64,000 bases of DNA from Candidatus Obscuribacteraceae bacterium (GTDB lineage Bacteria > Cyanobacteriota > Vampirovibrionia > Obscuribacterales > Obscuribacteraceae). Shown here one piece after another: positions 19,269 to 29,418 of this stretch (positions are counted from its first letter, which is position 1; each line of letters starts with the position of its first letter). The notes below the pieces were generated by a model. It had not been told where the DNA came from and searched no databases. It saw only the letters and a list, made by a program, of their open reading frames with translations. The DNA lies in the NCBI GenBank assembly GCA_044226015.1, contig JBGAHS010000005.1, positions 224,001-288,000 on the forward strand. Direction: 5' to 3'. Position numbers and translations under genes: made by a program.

Positions 19269-20150
19269 ATGGCTAACCTAAAGGCAATCAGAAGACGCAT
19301 CAAGTCCGTTCAATCGACTCAAAAAATTACGAGAGCGATGAGAATGGTTGCTGCGGCAAAAGTGCGTCGTGCTCAGGCAAGAACTCTTGCAGCTAGACCA
19401 TTCACTCAAAGAGTGATCACAATGCTGCGCGAAATCGTTAGAGAAGTTGCTGACATCGACCTCAATGAAATTCCACTTCTTCGCAGACGTGAAGTGAAAA
19501 CAGTCGGTCTGATAATTATCAGTTCTGACCGTGGTCTTTGCGGTTCATATAACAGTGGTGTTTTGAGAAATGCCCTCGAAAGAATTCGTACACTTGAAGC
19601 TGAAGGTAAAACAGTAAAATTGATGCTTGTTGGCTTGAAGGCAACGATGTTCTTCCGCTCTATTAAGGCAGAAAAGCTGAAAACATACACTTTGTTGCCA
19701 GCTATTCCTACCGTTCAAGAAGCGAAATTGATTGCAGATACAGCTGCTGAATATTTCGTAAACGGTCAGCTTGACTCGGTTGAAGTAATCAGCACGCACT
19801 TCATTAATATGCTGCGTTCGCAAGTCACGAACATGAAGTTCCTTCCAGTTGAGTTGCCACCACCAAAAGAAGATAGCGGTCTGGCACCAGAAACATTGTT
19901 CGAGCCATCAATTCATGATGTGCTAGAGCGTGAATTGATTCCGAAGTACATTGAAAACGTTATTTTCCAGGCTTTGCTCGATGCGTCCGCATCTGAGTTG
20001 GCAGCAAGAATGAACGCGATGTCCAACGCTTCAACTAATGCTCAAGACCTGATCGCAAATCTGACTCTCGTGTATAACCGCGCGCGTCAGGCAAGCATCA
20101 CACAGGAGTTGCTTGAAGTTGTTGCCGGGGCTGAAGCTCTCAACGGCTAG
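19269..20150 (+). CDS. atpG: F1 ATP synthase subunit gamma
   Basis: KITRAMRMVAAAK, SDRGLCG, ASELAARMNAM, NRARQASITQELLEVVAGAEAL. Confidence 0.99.
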   Translation: MANLKAIRRRIKSVQSTQKITRAMRMVAAAKVRRAQARTLAARPFTQRVITMLREIVREVADIDLNEIPLLRRREVKTVGLIIISSDRGLCGSYNSGVLRNALERIRTLEAEGKTVKLMLVGLKATMFFRSIKAEKLKTYTLLPAIPTVQEAKLIADTAAEYFVNGQLDSVEVISTHFINMLRSQVTNMKFLPVELPPPKEDSGLAPETLFEPSIHDVLERELIPKYIENVIFQALLDASASELAARMNAMSNASTNAQDLIANLTLVYNRARQASITQELLEVVAGAEALNG

Positions 20151-20162
20151 AAAAAACAAATT

Positions 20163-20205
20163 AGAGAAAGAGGCGACTGTTCACGCGGTCGCTTCTTTCT
20201 TTTCT
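20163..20205. terminator. Rho-independent terminator, probably bidirectional
   Basis: AGAAAGAGGCGAC..GTCGCTTCTTTCT stem with T-rich tail, between convergent genes. Confidence 0.75.
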
Positions 20206-20221
20206 AGTTTCTATACTGGGA

Positions 20222-23200
20222 TCAAATCGAAGCAGCTGCAATCGAGCCTTTCGCATTTTTGCGAGGCGTTGCAATAAAAGCACCTCGTTTTGCTGTGACT
20301 GTTTGAAGTGCGCTGGCAGTTTTGAAAATGCGATTGAGTATCTGCTTCTCTTCGGCCGTTTTTGGGTGCTTTATTCGTTCAAAGTGTTGCGCATTTGCAA
20401 GTACCGTAACTAGTGATACATCACATACGGCTGCATGAATATTTTGAGCAAGAACCAGTGTTTTAGCTGCTCGTCGACCTATGCCGTCTTCCTTTCGCAA
20501 ATCTTCGCCTGTTAGTTGCTTTGAGGAAAGTGTCAGTTCTTCACCTGGTTCAAGTACGATGCGACCTTTTGCTGTTTTGAAATAGACATCGCCCCTGTTG
20601 CCAAAGTTAACAACACTAACAAGCCCCTTATTTCGGCTTATGGATACAAGAGAGTTTCGTTTGAAGTGTAGATTGATCAAATTATTTTCTAGCACCAGAT
20701 CATCTTTGGGATTCACAAACAGGTCGCCTGCTAGCAGTTCAAAACTGTTACCATCTTTCAGTGCTACTCGCGCATCGTTTGAAGTCGTGAAACCAACAGG
20801 TTTATACAAATAGATATTGGCGCCATCAATTAGCAGTGTATTCGAGCTTCCAATCGAATCCAGAACGAGCGTGCCACCATTGAACGTTGCGTCTGCGGTT
20901 GTATTATTGTTGCTGATGTTGATGTTACCGAATGCTTGTGAACATGAAGTGCAGTGAACTCTATAATTTATCGTTCCAGAATAGTTGATATTTGACGCTA
21001 TCTTCAGCTGGCTCGATTTTCCAATGTGAGCACTAGCAACATGATTTACAGTTGTACCTGCACCTAGTTCAATAACCGGTGCGCTGCTCGTTCTTGTCGC
21101 TTCGAAAAAGGGGGCAGTGCCAGCAATAAATTGTTGTTTGGCCAGCATAATCAAATTGCCGTTAGTTGCGGAGAATCTATTGTAATTACCTATTTGAATT
21201 GAGCCCGTCCTAGCTAAAACTGTTTCACCCAAAGCTGTCAGTGTATTATGGTGTCCGATAGTGATGTTTCCGTTGTTCGCAGTGATTTGAAGATGCCCGT
21301 TCGTCGAGGACAGTTTATTGTCGTCTCCGAGAACTATTCCACCTTTCGCGGTTAACTGAATTCCAGAGAGTCCATTGACTGTCACGGCGTTGCCGAGCTT
21401 TAATTGTCCCCCTGCTTGGATTGCGATACTAGCGGAAGTGCTGGTTAGGACAGCATTAGTTGCGATGACAACATCAGGTATTGCTTTCTGATTTGTTGAG
21501 GAGTTAGAAATTAAAATTGATGAAAAGCTCTCGGATTCTCCGCCCACTGTAATTGAGGAAAACGAAGAAACTCTGAGATTGGCTTTGCCCTCGTTCAGTC
21601 GTATATCAATCAGTTTGGCTATTTCACTTGCTTCTGCAGAGATAGCCGGACGGTAGAACAGAAAATTCAAACCAGAGTTCAAAGTATTCTTGTCGTTGAT
21701 TGTAAGGTTAAAGCCGGCACCGGTTTTTTCAAGTCCTATGTCTGATGTCTGAATAATACCTGTTTTGCTATTCGAAAATTTCGTAGTTGAAGAGTTGCCT
21801 TGCATAAACAGATGTGCTGCAGAAATGGTGCCTGCATTTACTATTTGAGGGCTGAGAATGTTGAGGCGATCCGTAGAAGAGAGGTTTGCATTATCACCTA
21901 AGCTTACAGATTTGGCGTAGATACTTGCATTGGCTCCGGGGGCATCAAATTCGAGATTGCCGTTTATTCTTACTTGAGCACTTGTGGCGTTTATGAATGG
22001 TGTTGCTCCTGAGATCTTCACCGTCACAGACGAAGGTGTTCCCTGAGCGGTTATTTGCAACGAACTGAATTTCGACGGAAGCATAGTCAGATCGAGGTTA
22101 ATCAGGCTAGGTGCTGCTTTCTGAAGGTTTAGTGCAGTGACTTGCCCTTTTGTGTTCATTCCGAACAGCTGTGCTCTCCCATTAGAAGCTTCATACAATG
22201 CTACGGCTTGAGATGGAGTGATTTTACTTCGATGCCCTGCTGAGCCAGCGGCAACCAGAACTGAATTGATTTTGCTGCCATCATCATACGAATAACTAAG
22301 TGGTGTTCCACCAGCAGTGATGCTGAGTGCTCCAGTTCCTGACGCAGCCAGGTCAAATTTTTGATAGGAAATATTTCCTGCCTTAACGCCGTTAGATTCA
22401 GTGGACTTACCGATAACGGTGGTGCCTATAATGATGTTTGATTTTGTCCCGTTGATGACGGTTGGTCCTTCGTTAACTACAAAGAGTCCACCGGCTAGTG
22501 CATACTCGCTGTTGTTGTTGCTAGCAAGATTGAAATTCTCCGGAATGTTCTGCGTCGAATAGGTATGAATGGTGATATTTCCATTCATACCTGTGCTTCC
22601 AGAACCTGGAATGCTACCTGCCGATGCAATGATGCTTGCAGTTCCGAGTTTGGTTTGTATTGCGCCTGAGATTTTTATGGTGCCAGATTCTGTGTTCAGG
22701 CTTCCTCCGTTGCCTGAGTTCATGTTGCTGAATCCTGCACCTCCAGTCAAGTCAATGAAACCACGTACGGTGATGGTACCCGAATACAAGTTGCTTGCTG
22801 AAATTTTGCTTGTGGTCCAATTTAATGAACCTCCATCACCGGCTCTGTTAGATAGTTGAGATGCTGCGGCTCCAGTTGAAATTACTTTGCCACTAACATT
22901 TAAGAATGAAGGTGCAGAAAGAGCTATACTGCCTGCGTTTCCGCAGCTCACGCAGCCAGCTGTGTCTGCGACAATAGGGCTTACTCCCGAATTATTTATC
23001 GTTCCTGAGACATTTATGCCCCGAGAGCTTGATGCGATTGTTATATCACCGCCAATGCGTCCACTTGTGGATATGTTTCCGGATATTTGCGCTAGTCCAT
23101 CGGAGTTTATTTGTATTGAGCCCCCTAGTCCGTTTGCAATTGGCACCAGAGATTTATTGTTGAAACTTGCTGAAGCATCGATCGCACCATTGACAGTGAT

Positions 23201-26200
23201 TGCACTTCCTGCGGGCGAAGTGCCTAACGTGTAATTAAAATTTGTGACTTTACCGCCAAGTATTTCAGTGCCACTAACATCAATGGTATAGGTGTTAAGT
23301 TGAACATTGCCACCACCAGACTGCCCTCTGCTAAAGATAGAACCGTCGATTACAATGCCAGAGCAACCTGAAACTAGAATGTTGCCACCATTTCCATTTT
23401 GTGCGCTGCTATTCAATGTGCCTGTGATGACTGTGCCGGGGTTTATGCTGCCTTTATTGGCAATAAGAGTAATCGCGCCACCAGAATAGGTGCCTTGGGC
23501 GGACGTGTTAATAGTAGTCTTCTCAAAACTTATGCTACCGCCTGTGGTACTGCCGTTTTGAAGTATGAATATCGAATATGGATCAGAAGATTGTCCGTTA
23601 GGTACTCGAGGCAGGTCACCAGATATCTCTATACCTGCAACAGCAAGAAAGCTTCCGCCCCCGCTTGTCTTACTAGTTAGGTCTATAGACTTGACGCCGT
23701 TTGCAATGATGTTTCCTTTCGCTAGAACTGCAATATTCGATCCCTGACCATTGATAATCGTATTGCTACTTAAGACGATGTCTCCATAAGGATTGATAAT
23801 CGTATTGCCATTAGGAGCCTTGGTGACGTTTAGCACTATAGACTTAGCAATGAACGCATTAGGGTTTAGAAGATTTACTGTATTCAATACCAGATTGTCA
23901 TTGACTTGAAATTTGGTGCCGAATTCGGTTGCGATTGTTCCTTTCGATGTAATTGTTGTGTTGGAAGAGTCAAAGTTTCCAGTGAATGTTATATTTCCGT
24001 CAGAGCTAATACCATCTACACTGAAAACTAGAGGTGCTGTGCTCTTTATGGTACTGCCTGCTAGACCCGTCAGATAGGTGCCTTGCTTGGCATACGATAT
24101 TTTGGAATTTAGTTCAAGGATAGGGCAAGAAATGCTTGCTGTTGGGATAAAACCAACTGGATTGCTGATGACCACTTTCTCGCTGTTTACTATAGTGATG
24201 CTTTTATTGATGGACGAACTCGTTAAAGTTAGAGGGAAGGTATTGTTCAAAAAGAATACGTCAGAATTTGCTTCTAAAATCCCAATCTTATTTTGTCCTG
24301 CAAAATTTGCCGTAGCAGGCTTGAAGGGCAGTGCAAAACCCTGAAAATTGAGATGTGGTGTTTCAATAATGGATGTTGGCGATTGCTGTACGTTGTTAAC
24401 CTGATGAAACTCAACTTGACCCTTTCCCGTAATTGTTCCGTTTATCTCTACTGTGCTGGAAAATGTGAACCCAACGTAATCTCCAATTAAGTTTCCGTTG
24501 ATTATTGTAGAGTACGTATTTAGTGCAAATGACTTAGATGAGCTTATCGAGCCATTCACTACCAGTGGTTCGTCGTCCCAAACTTGAATAACGGAAGTAA
24601 CTGACCCACCTTCTGGCGAATCAATGATGAGTGCCCCATTGATTTCATGTTTGCCGCTATCGATGCCAACCTTCTGTCCATTAAATAGCCGAAGGCTAAC
24701 ACCGTTTGGGATGTTGAATCCCTTCAAACCTGTTAAATTTACTCTGTCGGAAATGAAGAGTTCGCCTCCCACTGCAATGCCGTCTTGCGTTATAAGTTGT
24801 CCGCTAAATAAGTACGGATAGTTCTGTTGAGCCGTTAGAAGATTTGAAACAGTCGTTTTATCACTGAGGTCGAGTCCCGAAATCAAGGTTACAGATTGAG
24901 TCTGGTCTCCCTGAATTGCGTAACCATTTTTGCCGATGCCGACTCCGCTATACTGCGGGACTCCTTTATAGTTCATCGTTCCAGTGAAATAGTATGTTCC
25001 GCCGTTTCCGTTTGTCCCAAGAGGAGATGCATCACAATATGCGGCGTCTATATCTATTTTTGACACCTTCATTACAATGTTGCCACCATTTCCACTTAGA
25101 GAACCGGGAAAGCCTCCTGTGGCAGATAGGATGAACTTACCTGGTTGATTGCCGATCGAAATATCTGCATTACTATTCTCAAATCTGATTGTGCCACCAT
25201 CACCAGTGCCGCCGCCATTCGCCTGAATTGGAAGAGCTGCTGATGACTTCAGCAGGGAATATACATTGACTTTCCCCCCATCTCCATTAGTTGCGTTGAC
25301 AGAAATCAGACCAGTAGATACTGATGTATTTTGCGAAGTCTCAAATGTTACGGTTCCTCCATTTCCGCCCGATGTGCCTGCATCAGCTGAAATGCGTCCG
25401 GCACCACTCGGATTTGATGTGTCAATAAATGGCACCGCTAGTGAAATCATTCCTCCGTTGCCGAAACCCACACCATCTGCTATCAACGAACCTGATACTA
25501 TGCAAGTTTTGTTATCACTGAATGCACTTATAGTGAGCTTTGCACCATTGCCGTTAAGTCCTAAGGGGATCGCATTTACTCCACTGCTGTCTACACTTGC
25601 AAAGTTACCAATCGAAATGTGTCCTCCGTCACCGGAAGTGCTGCCGGGTGAACCGCCCGTAGCTGATAGAAACACTTTGCCTGGTCCCGTTCCTATCGAA
25701 TTCTTTGCACTGAAGTCTGCAATCGATATCATGCCACCATTGCCGATGCCACTTCCATTCGCACTGATTTTTAAGGCTACGCCAGGATCAACTGATGCAA
25801 AATTATTGCTAATGTCAATTGTGCCACCATTGCCGTTGGCACTGGCGTCGGCATAAATTCCTGTTACTCCTGAATTCACATATGTTGAGCCCGAGATGTT
25901 GACCGCACCACCGCTGCCTCCACCGCCACCTGATGTGGTATCAAGGTTTCCGTTTAGGTAGAGCTTTCCCATTAGCGAAATGCTAGACCCTCTAATTTTT
26001 CCGACATTTACATCTGAAAAGGTTGAGGTACTGGGAATGAGACCAGCTGATGCTTGCCCAGACTTGTCGAAGATGATTGAAGAGGGGCTGCCTGGAGGTG
26101 TTTCGGGATTGGTACTTGCCACTGTTACGTTGCCATTTTTACCATTCCTACCAAGTCCGCCGAGAGCTTCAATGGCGCCAATTGTGATGTTGCTTGGTCC

Positions 26201-27589
26201 CATAAGCTGAACATTTCCGTTTAAGCCCTGTCCATTTCCCGAACTGTTTATAAGACTGTCAGTCGCAAGGGTAATGGAACCTTTGGGTACTGCAGCTTTA
26301 CCTTGCGTAGCAACAAGAGTTATGTTTGCGCCGTTGAGGTCTGCCCCGGTGGAACTTGCGTCAATTTGCAATCCAGAGCTTTGGCTGAAATCAATATTTC
26401 CCCCGGCGCCGTTCAGAGGGTCAACAGTGATGCTGTAATTTGCGTTTGTTCCGGGGGCTGCATTGCTTGAGCAGGAGCCGCAGTCTGGGCTGATTTGTGC
26501 TCCAGCAATCAGAAATATGTCATAGCCTTGACCCTGCGCATCACGAGCCACAATGCTTTTTACAGCAGCAGTAGAGCTTATGTTGCCACCAGCTATGATT
26601 GCCAGATTCTCTCCGACGGAGATGTCGCCTGTGAGTTGAATGTCACCAGAGTTGTAGAATGTAGGGTCACCAACCGTGCAGATTTTTCCAATAGACAATT
26701 CTTTTGAATTCGAAAATTCATGCAACTCGACAGCATCGGCATTCAGTGTACCGCCGATTTTTTGAACACTCAGAAGAACGTTGGCTCCATTTATGTTCAA
26801 GCTTTTGCTTAAATAATCTCCGTCGATGATTTCGAAGTTTTGCTGTTTGAAAGCAGCGTCACCGATGTTGATCGCTCCAGATAAAGCTGAAATAGTGCCA
26901 TCTTTACCTGAGATGCTGAAGCTGTTGTTGGCTAAGCTTTGCCAATTTGTTGGAAGTAGATTTGAAATACTTGCTGCTAGTGTAGATGGGGCATTGAGAT
27001 TGACGTTTGCTGCGATAGATTGAATTTGTCCACTATTTTGGATGTTTGGGCTCAAGATGTTAAGGTCATTCTGGGCTCTCATTACTGCCTGGCTGCCATT
27101 GTTCGAAACTGAGCCAGCAGAAAAAATAGACAATGAACCGGCACTAGATATGGTGCCTCTGTTCAATAGACTTTGTGTCGCTACCAGCGTCAAGTTGAGG
27201 TTTGAAAGCGCGTTTTCATAACCGGGGAGACCGCCATTTGGCAGAACACTGGTGATGGTTCCATAATTGAAAATGTTGTTAGCGCGCAAAATGGCATTTT
27301 GGACGTCAGGGTTTGTTGAGATGGCACAAACCGTGGCGCCCTTCGTGACGTTGAGGTTCTTCCCAACATTAATTATTGGATTATTCGAAAAGTCGAGAAT
27401 TAGTGGACGAAGGCTGGTCACCGAGAGATTGGTGATTTGGGTCGCCGGAGTACTAACGTGTTGACTGCCAGGACGAGTCTGCACTGAGGCTGTTTGTAGG
27501 GCTTCGGCTTCAACCTGTTGCAGCATGAAAAATTGGCTGCTTATGAAAGCAAACGCAATTCCGCTCAAGCTGGGCGTTTTTGGTTCCAA
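20222..27589 (-). CDS. Giant filamentous haemagglutinin-like (beta-helical) exoprotein, 2455 aa
   Basis: Signal-peptide-like N-terminus (..QQVEAEA); many GNGG-x-I-x-I repeats; G/N/S/T-rich; distinct basic C-terminal ~200-aa domain. Confidence 0.85.
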   Translation of the reverse strand: MEPKTPSLSGIAFAFISSQFFMLQQVEAEALQTASVQTRPGSQHVSTPATQITNLSVTSLRPLILDFSNNPIINVGKNLNVTKGATVCAISTNPDVQNAILRANNIFNYGTITSVLPNGGLPGYENALSNLNLTLVATQSLLNRGTISSAGSLSIFSAGSVSNNGSQAVMRAQNDLNILSPNIQNSGQIQSIAANVNLNAPSTLAASISNLLPTNWQSLANNSFSISGKDGTISALSGAINIGDAAFKQQNFEIIDGDYLSKSLNINGANVLLSVQKIGGTLNADAVELHEFSNSKELSIGKICTVGDPTFYNSGDIQLTGDISVGENLAIIAGGNISSTAAVKSIVARDAQGQGYDIFLIAGAQISPDCGSCSSNAAPGTNANYSITVDPLNGAGGNIDFSQSSGLQIDASSTGADLNGANITLVATQGKAAVPKGSITLATDSLINSSGNGQGLNGNVQLMGPSNITIGAIEALGGLGRNGKNGNVTVASTNPETPPGSPSSIIFDKSGQASAGLIPSTSTFSDVNVGKIRGSSISLMGKLYLNGNLDTTSGGGGGSGGAVNISGSTYVNSGVTGIYADASANGNGGTIDISNNFASVDPGVALKISANGSGIGNGGMISIADFSAKNSIGTGPGKVFLSATGGSPGSTSGDGGHISIGNFASVDSSGVNAIPLGLNGNGAKLTISAFSDNKTCIVSGSLIADGVGFGNGGMISLAVPFIDTSNPSGAGRISADAGTSGGNGGTVTFETSQNTSVSTGLISVNATNGDGGKVNVYSLLKSSAALPIQANGGGTGDGGTIRFENSNADISIGNQPGKFILSATGGFPGSLSGNGGNIVMKVSKIDIDAAYCDASPLGTNGNGGTYYFTGTMNYKGVPQYSGVGIGKNGYAIQGDQTQSVTLISGLDLSDKTTVSNLLTAQQNYPYLFSGQLITQDGIAVGGELFISDRVNLTGLKGFNIPNGVSLRLFNGQKVGIDSGKHEINGALIIDSPEGGSVTSVIQVWDDEPLVVNGSISSSKSFALNTYSTIINGNLIGDYVGFTFSSTVEINGTITGKGQVEFHQVNNVQQSPTSIIETPHLNFQGFALPFKPATANFAGQNKIGILEANSDVFFLNNTFPLTLTSSSINKSITIVNSEKVVISNPVGFIPTASISCPILELNSKISYAKQGTYLTGLAGSTIKSTAPLVFSVDGISSDGNITFTGNFDSSNTTITSKGTIATEFGTKFQVNDNLVLNTVNLLNPNAFIAKSIVLNVTKAPNGNTIINPYGDIVLSSNTIINGQGSNIAVLAKGNIIANGVKSIDLTSKTSGGGSFLAVAGIEISGDLPRVPNGQSSDPYSIFILQNGSTTGGSISFEKTTINTSAQGTYSGGAITLIANKGSINPGTVITGTLNSSAQNGNGGNILVSGCSGIVIDGSIFSRGQSGGGNVQLNTYTIDVSGTEILGGKVTNFNYTLGTSPAGSAITVNGAIDASASFNNKSLVPIANGLGGSIQINSDGLAQISGNISTSGRIGGDITIASSSRGINVSGTINNSGVSPIVADTAGCVSCGNAGSIALSAPSFLNVSGKVISTGAAASQLSNRAGDGGSLNWTTSKISASNLYSGTITVRGFIDLTGGAGFSNMNSGNGGSLNTESGTIKISGAIQTKLGTASIIASAGSIPGSGSTGMNGNITIHTYSTQNIPENFNLASNNNSEYALAGGLFVVNEGPTVINGTKSNIIIGTTVIGKSTESNGVKAGNISYQKFDLAASGTGALSITAGGTPLSYSYDDGSKINSVLVAAGSAGHRSKITPSQAVALYEASNGRAQLFGMNTKGQVTALNLQKAAPSLINLDLTMLPSKFSSLQITAQGTPSSVTVKISGATPFINATSAQVRINGNLEFDAPGANASIYAKSVSLGDNANLSSTDRLNILSPQIVNAGTISAAHLFMQGNSSTTKFSNSKTGIIQTSDIGLEKTGAGFNLTINDKNTLNSGLNFLFYRPAISAEASEIAKLIDIRLNEGKANLRVSSFSSITVGGESESFSSILISNSSTNQKAIPDVVIATNAVLTSTSASIAIQAGGQLKLGNAVTVNGLSGIQLTAKGGIVLGDDNKLSSTNGHLQITANNGNITIGHHNTLTALGETVLARTGSIQIGNYNRFSATNGNLIMLAKQQFIAGTAPFFEATRTSSAPVIELGAGTTVNHVASAHIGKSSQLKIASNINYSGTINYRVHCTSCSQAFGNINISNNNTTADATFNGGTLVLDSIGSSNTLLIDGANIYLYKPVGFTTSNDARVALKDGNSFELLAGDLFVNPKDDLVLENNLINLHFKRNSLVSISRNKGLVSVVNFGNRGDVYFKTAKGRIVLEPGEELTLSSKQLTGEDLRKEDGIGRRAAKTLVLAQNIHAAVCDVSLVTVLANAQHFERIKHPKTAEEKQILNRIFKTASALQTVTAKRGAFIATPRKNAKGSIAAASI

Positions 27590-27711
27590 GGAGAGGAGCC
27601 CCGTTTTTATTCCTTAGATCCAGTTTACCGGACTCAGGTTTCTTCAACAACCAGTTGCTAATGTTTTCCTATTTACCCCGTTCCAAACCATCAGGTTTAG
27701 GGCTTGTTTTT

Positions 27712-27770
27712 GGGATCAAGTCTTCTCAGGGATCAAGTCTTCTCTGGGCTTAATGTCTTCTCTTGGGAAC
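27712..27770. repeat. 17-bp tandem repeat
   Basis: GGGATCAAGTCTTCTCA, GGGATCAAGTCTTCTCT, GGGCTTAATGTCTTCTCT. Confidence 0.8.
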
Positions 27771-27971
27771 GTCATTGGCTGATTCCTTCGCGATTTTAAC
27801 TTTTGTACTCCGCTTGAGTTTTTCGGTTTGGATACTTCTGGCTCGCTATGTTTCCAATTCTGAATCGGCAGAAAGTCTGGAAAGCGCTGCTATGCAACAA
27901 TTTTGCTTGCACGTACTTTGCACAATTGGTGAATAATATTGGGCCAGGCGTTATTAAGAAATGAATGAGCT

Positions 27972-28391
27972 ATGGAGCAAGACCTTTCTTCTATTTGCAT
28001 TCGGTGCGGTCTTCAGTACAACTACCAATCTTCTGATGGTGTATGTAGTGTATGCAAAGACTGTTGTGTTATTTGCGGTGCTGAGGGACGGTTTTGTCAA
28101 AATCCTGATTTGACTGTGCTACCTTCGTATGTAGAAATTTTCAATGAAATAATGCGTTATCACCGTGAGTGTTCCGATGAACTCTGGTGGTTCTCGCGGC
28201 TAGATGCTCTAAATATCAGAAAACAAAACGAGTATGATACTCAGCTTCTTTGCGCTTGTAAGCTATGGTGTGGAATGCATGCGCCAAAAAATTCTGAAGT
28301 GCTGATGCCCGACCCTTCTTCTTTGTTTCAGCCCGGCAACTTGTATTGCGAATTTCCGGGTTGCAATCAAAAAGCGACTTATGAATCTTAA
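27972..28391 (+). CDS. Cysteine-rich hypothetical protein, possibly metal-binding
   Basis: 14 Cys in 139 aa, including CIRC, CSVC, CVIC, CEFPGC. Confidence 0.65.
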   Translation: MEQDLSSICIRCGLQYNYQSSDGVCSVCKDCCVICGAEGRFCQNPDLTVLPSYVEIFNEIMRYHRECSDELWWFSRLDALNIRKQNEYDTQLLCACKLWCGMHAPKNSEVLMPDPSSLFQPGNLYCEFPGCNQKATYES

Positions 28392-28470
28392 GCATTATTC
28401 TGGTATGCCACTGGATAAGTCAGAGGCACCGTATGTGAAACCATTGACGTATCATAATGGTGTCCTATAA

Positions 28471-29418
28471 TTGAGCGGTGGCTTAGGACATTTTGGTTTG
28501 AGACCGTTCGTATTACTAAGTCTTATTTTTTTTGCATCGCTGCCGTGTTTTGCGGACCCGGCAGATCTTTCTGACACCGAAGAGCGTTCTATGCGAGTGC
28601 AAAAGCTGCCACCAGAAACGATGCTAACTCCATCAGCAAAACAGCTGGCGAAAACACTCGGCGTGTTGCCTAATTTGCAACGACTTCAAGAGCTAAGTGA
28701 GCATGGCAAGCGTAAGCGTGGGCAATTAAGCCCTGAGGGAGCAACGCTTCGCTTGGAAGTGTTGGAAACAATAGTGACAACGATGCTTCAAAGTCAGCAA
28801 GTCATTGTTGAGATTGATGCGGAAATATCAGAAGCAAATGAATTCATGGCGGCAATGTCGGACAAGCGAGATCGTGCAATTAAGCTAAACTCGCTTGCGT
28901 CACTCGTAGCAAATGGTGTTGTTTCCACCGCAGGCAACTTTTTGCAAATGCCGCAAACCATAAACGAGCAACCAGGGGAGGTTCTGGAGACTGGGGCATC
29001 TGGACTTAGCGGAGGACTGGGTGCACTTGCGTTGTATCAGCAGAATGGTGACAAGTTGTCTGGCGGTATCAGACCAACGATGCTAGCGAAGATCTTTAAG
29101 CGACCCAACAATGAAGCCACCGAATATCCAGACGTGATCTGGACCTATTTGAATACAGTTCCAGCTAACTCACAAATTGCAATCACCAGGAGAGAACACC
29201 TGATTGAGAACTGGGAGAAATTAGGGCGACTTCCTTCCACCACTACACCAGAGGGAAGAAAATACATCCGAGTTTTAGCCGGTACCATTCCCCAGCAAAA
29301 GACGATCACAATTAGCATGCTTGATGATCGTGCTGCTATGTTGGCTGATTTGCGAGCAGAAGTTGGTCAGGTGTACAAAGAGTTGCTTAATCTAATGCTT
29401 GTTGTGAGGGCTTTATGA
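28471..29418 (+). CDS. Secreted hypothetical protein
   Basis: Signal peptide ending PCFA; helical with a Gly/Ala-rich segment; ATGA overlap with the next gene. Confidence 0.8.
   Translation: MSGGLGHFGLRPFVLLSLIFFASLPCFADPADLSDTEERSMRVQKLPPETMLTPSAKQLAKTLGVLPNLQRLQELSEHGKRKRGQLSPEGATLRLEVLETIVTTMLQSQQVIVEIDAEISEANEFMAAMSDKRDRAIKLNSLASLVANGVVSTAGNFLQMPQTINEQPGEVLETGASGLSGGLGALALYQQNGDKLSGGIRPTMLAKIFKRPNNEATEYPDVIWTYLNTVPANSQIAITRREHLIENWEKLGRLPSTTTPEGRKYIRVLAGTIPQQKTITISMLDDRAAMLADLRAEVGQVYKELLNLMLVVRAL

Noticed and set aside
20222..27589. Haem c binding sites in the giant protein
   Set aside because: The CxxC motifs are not followed by His.
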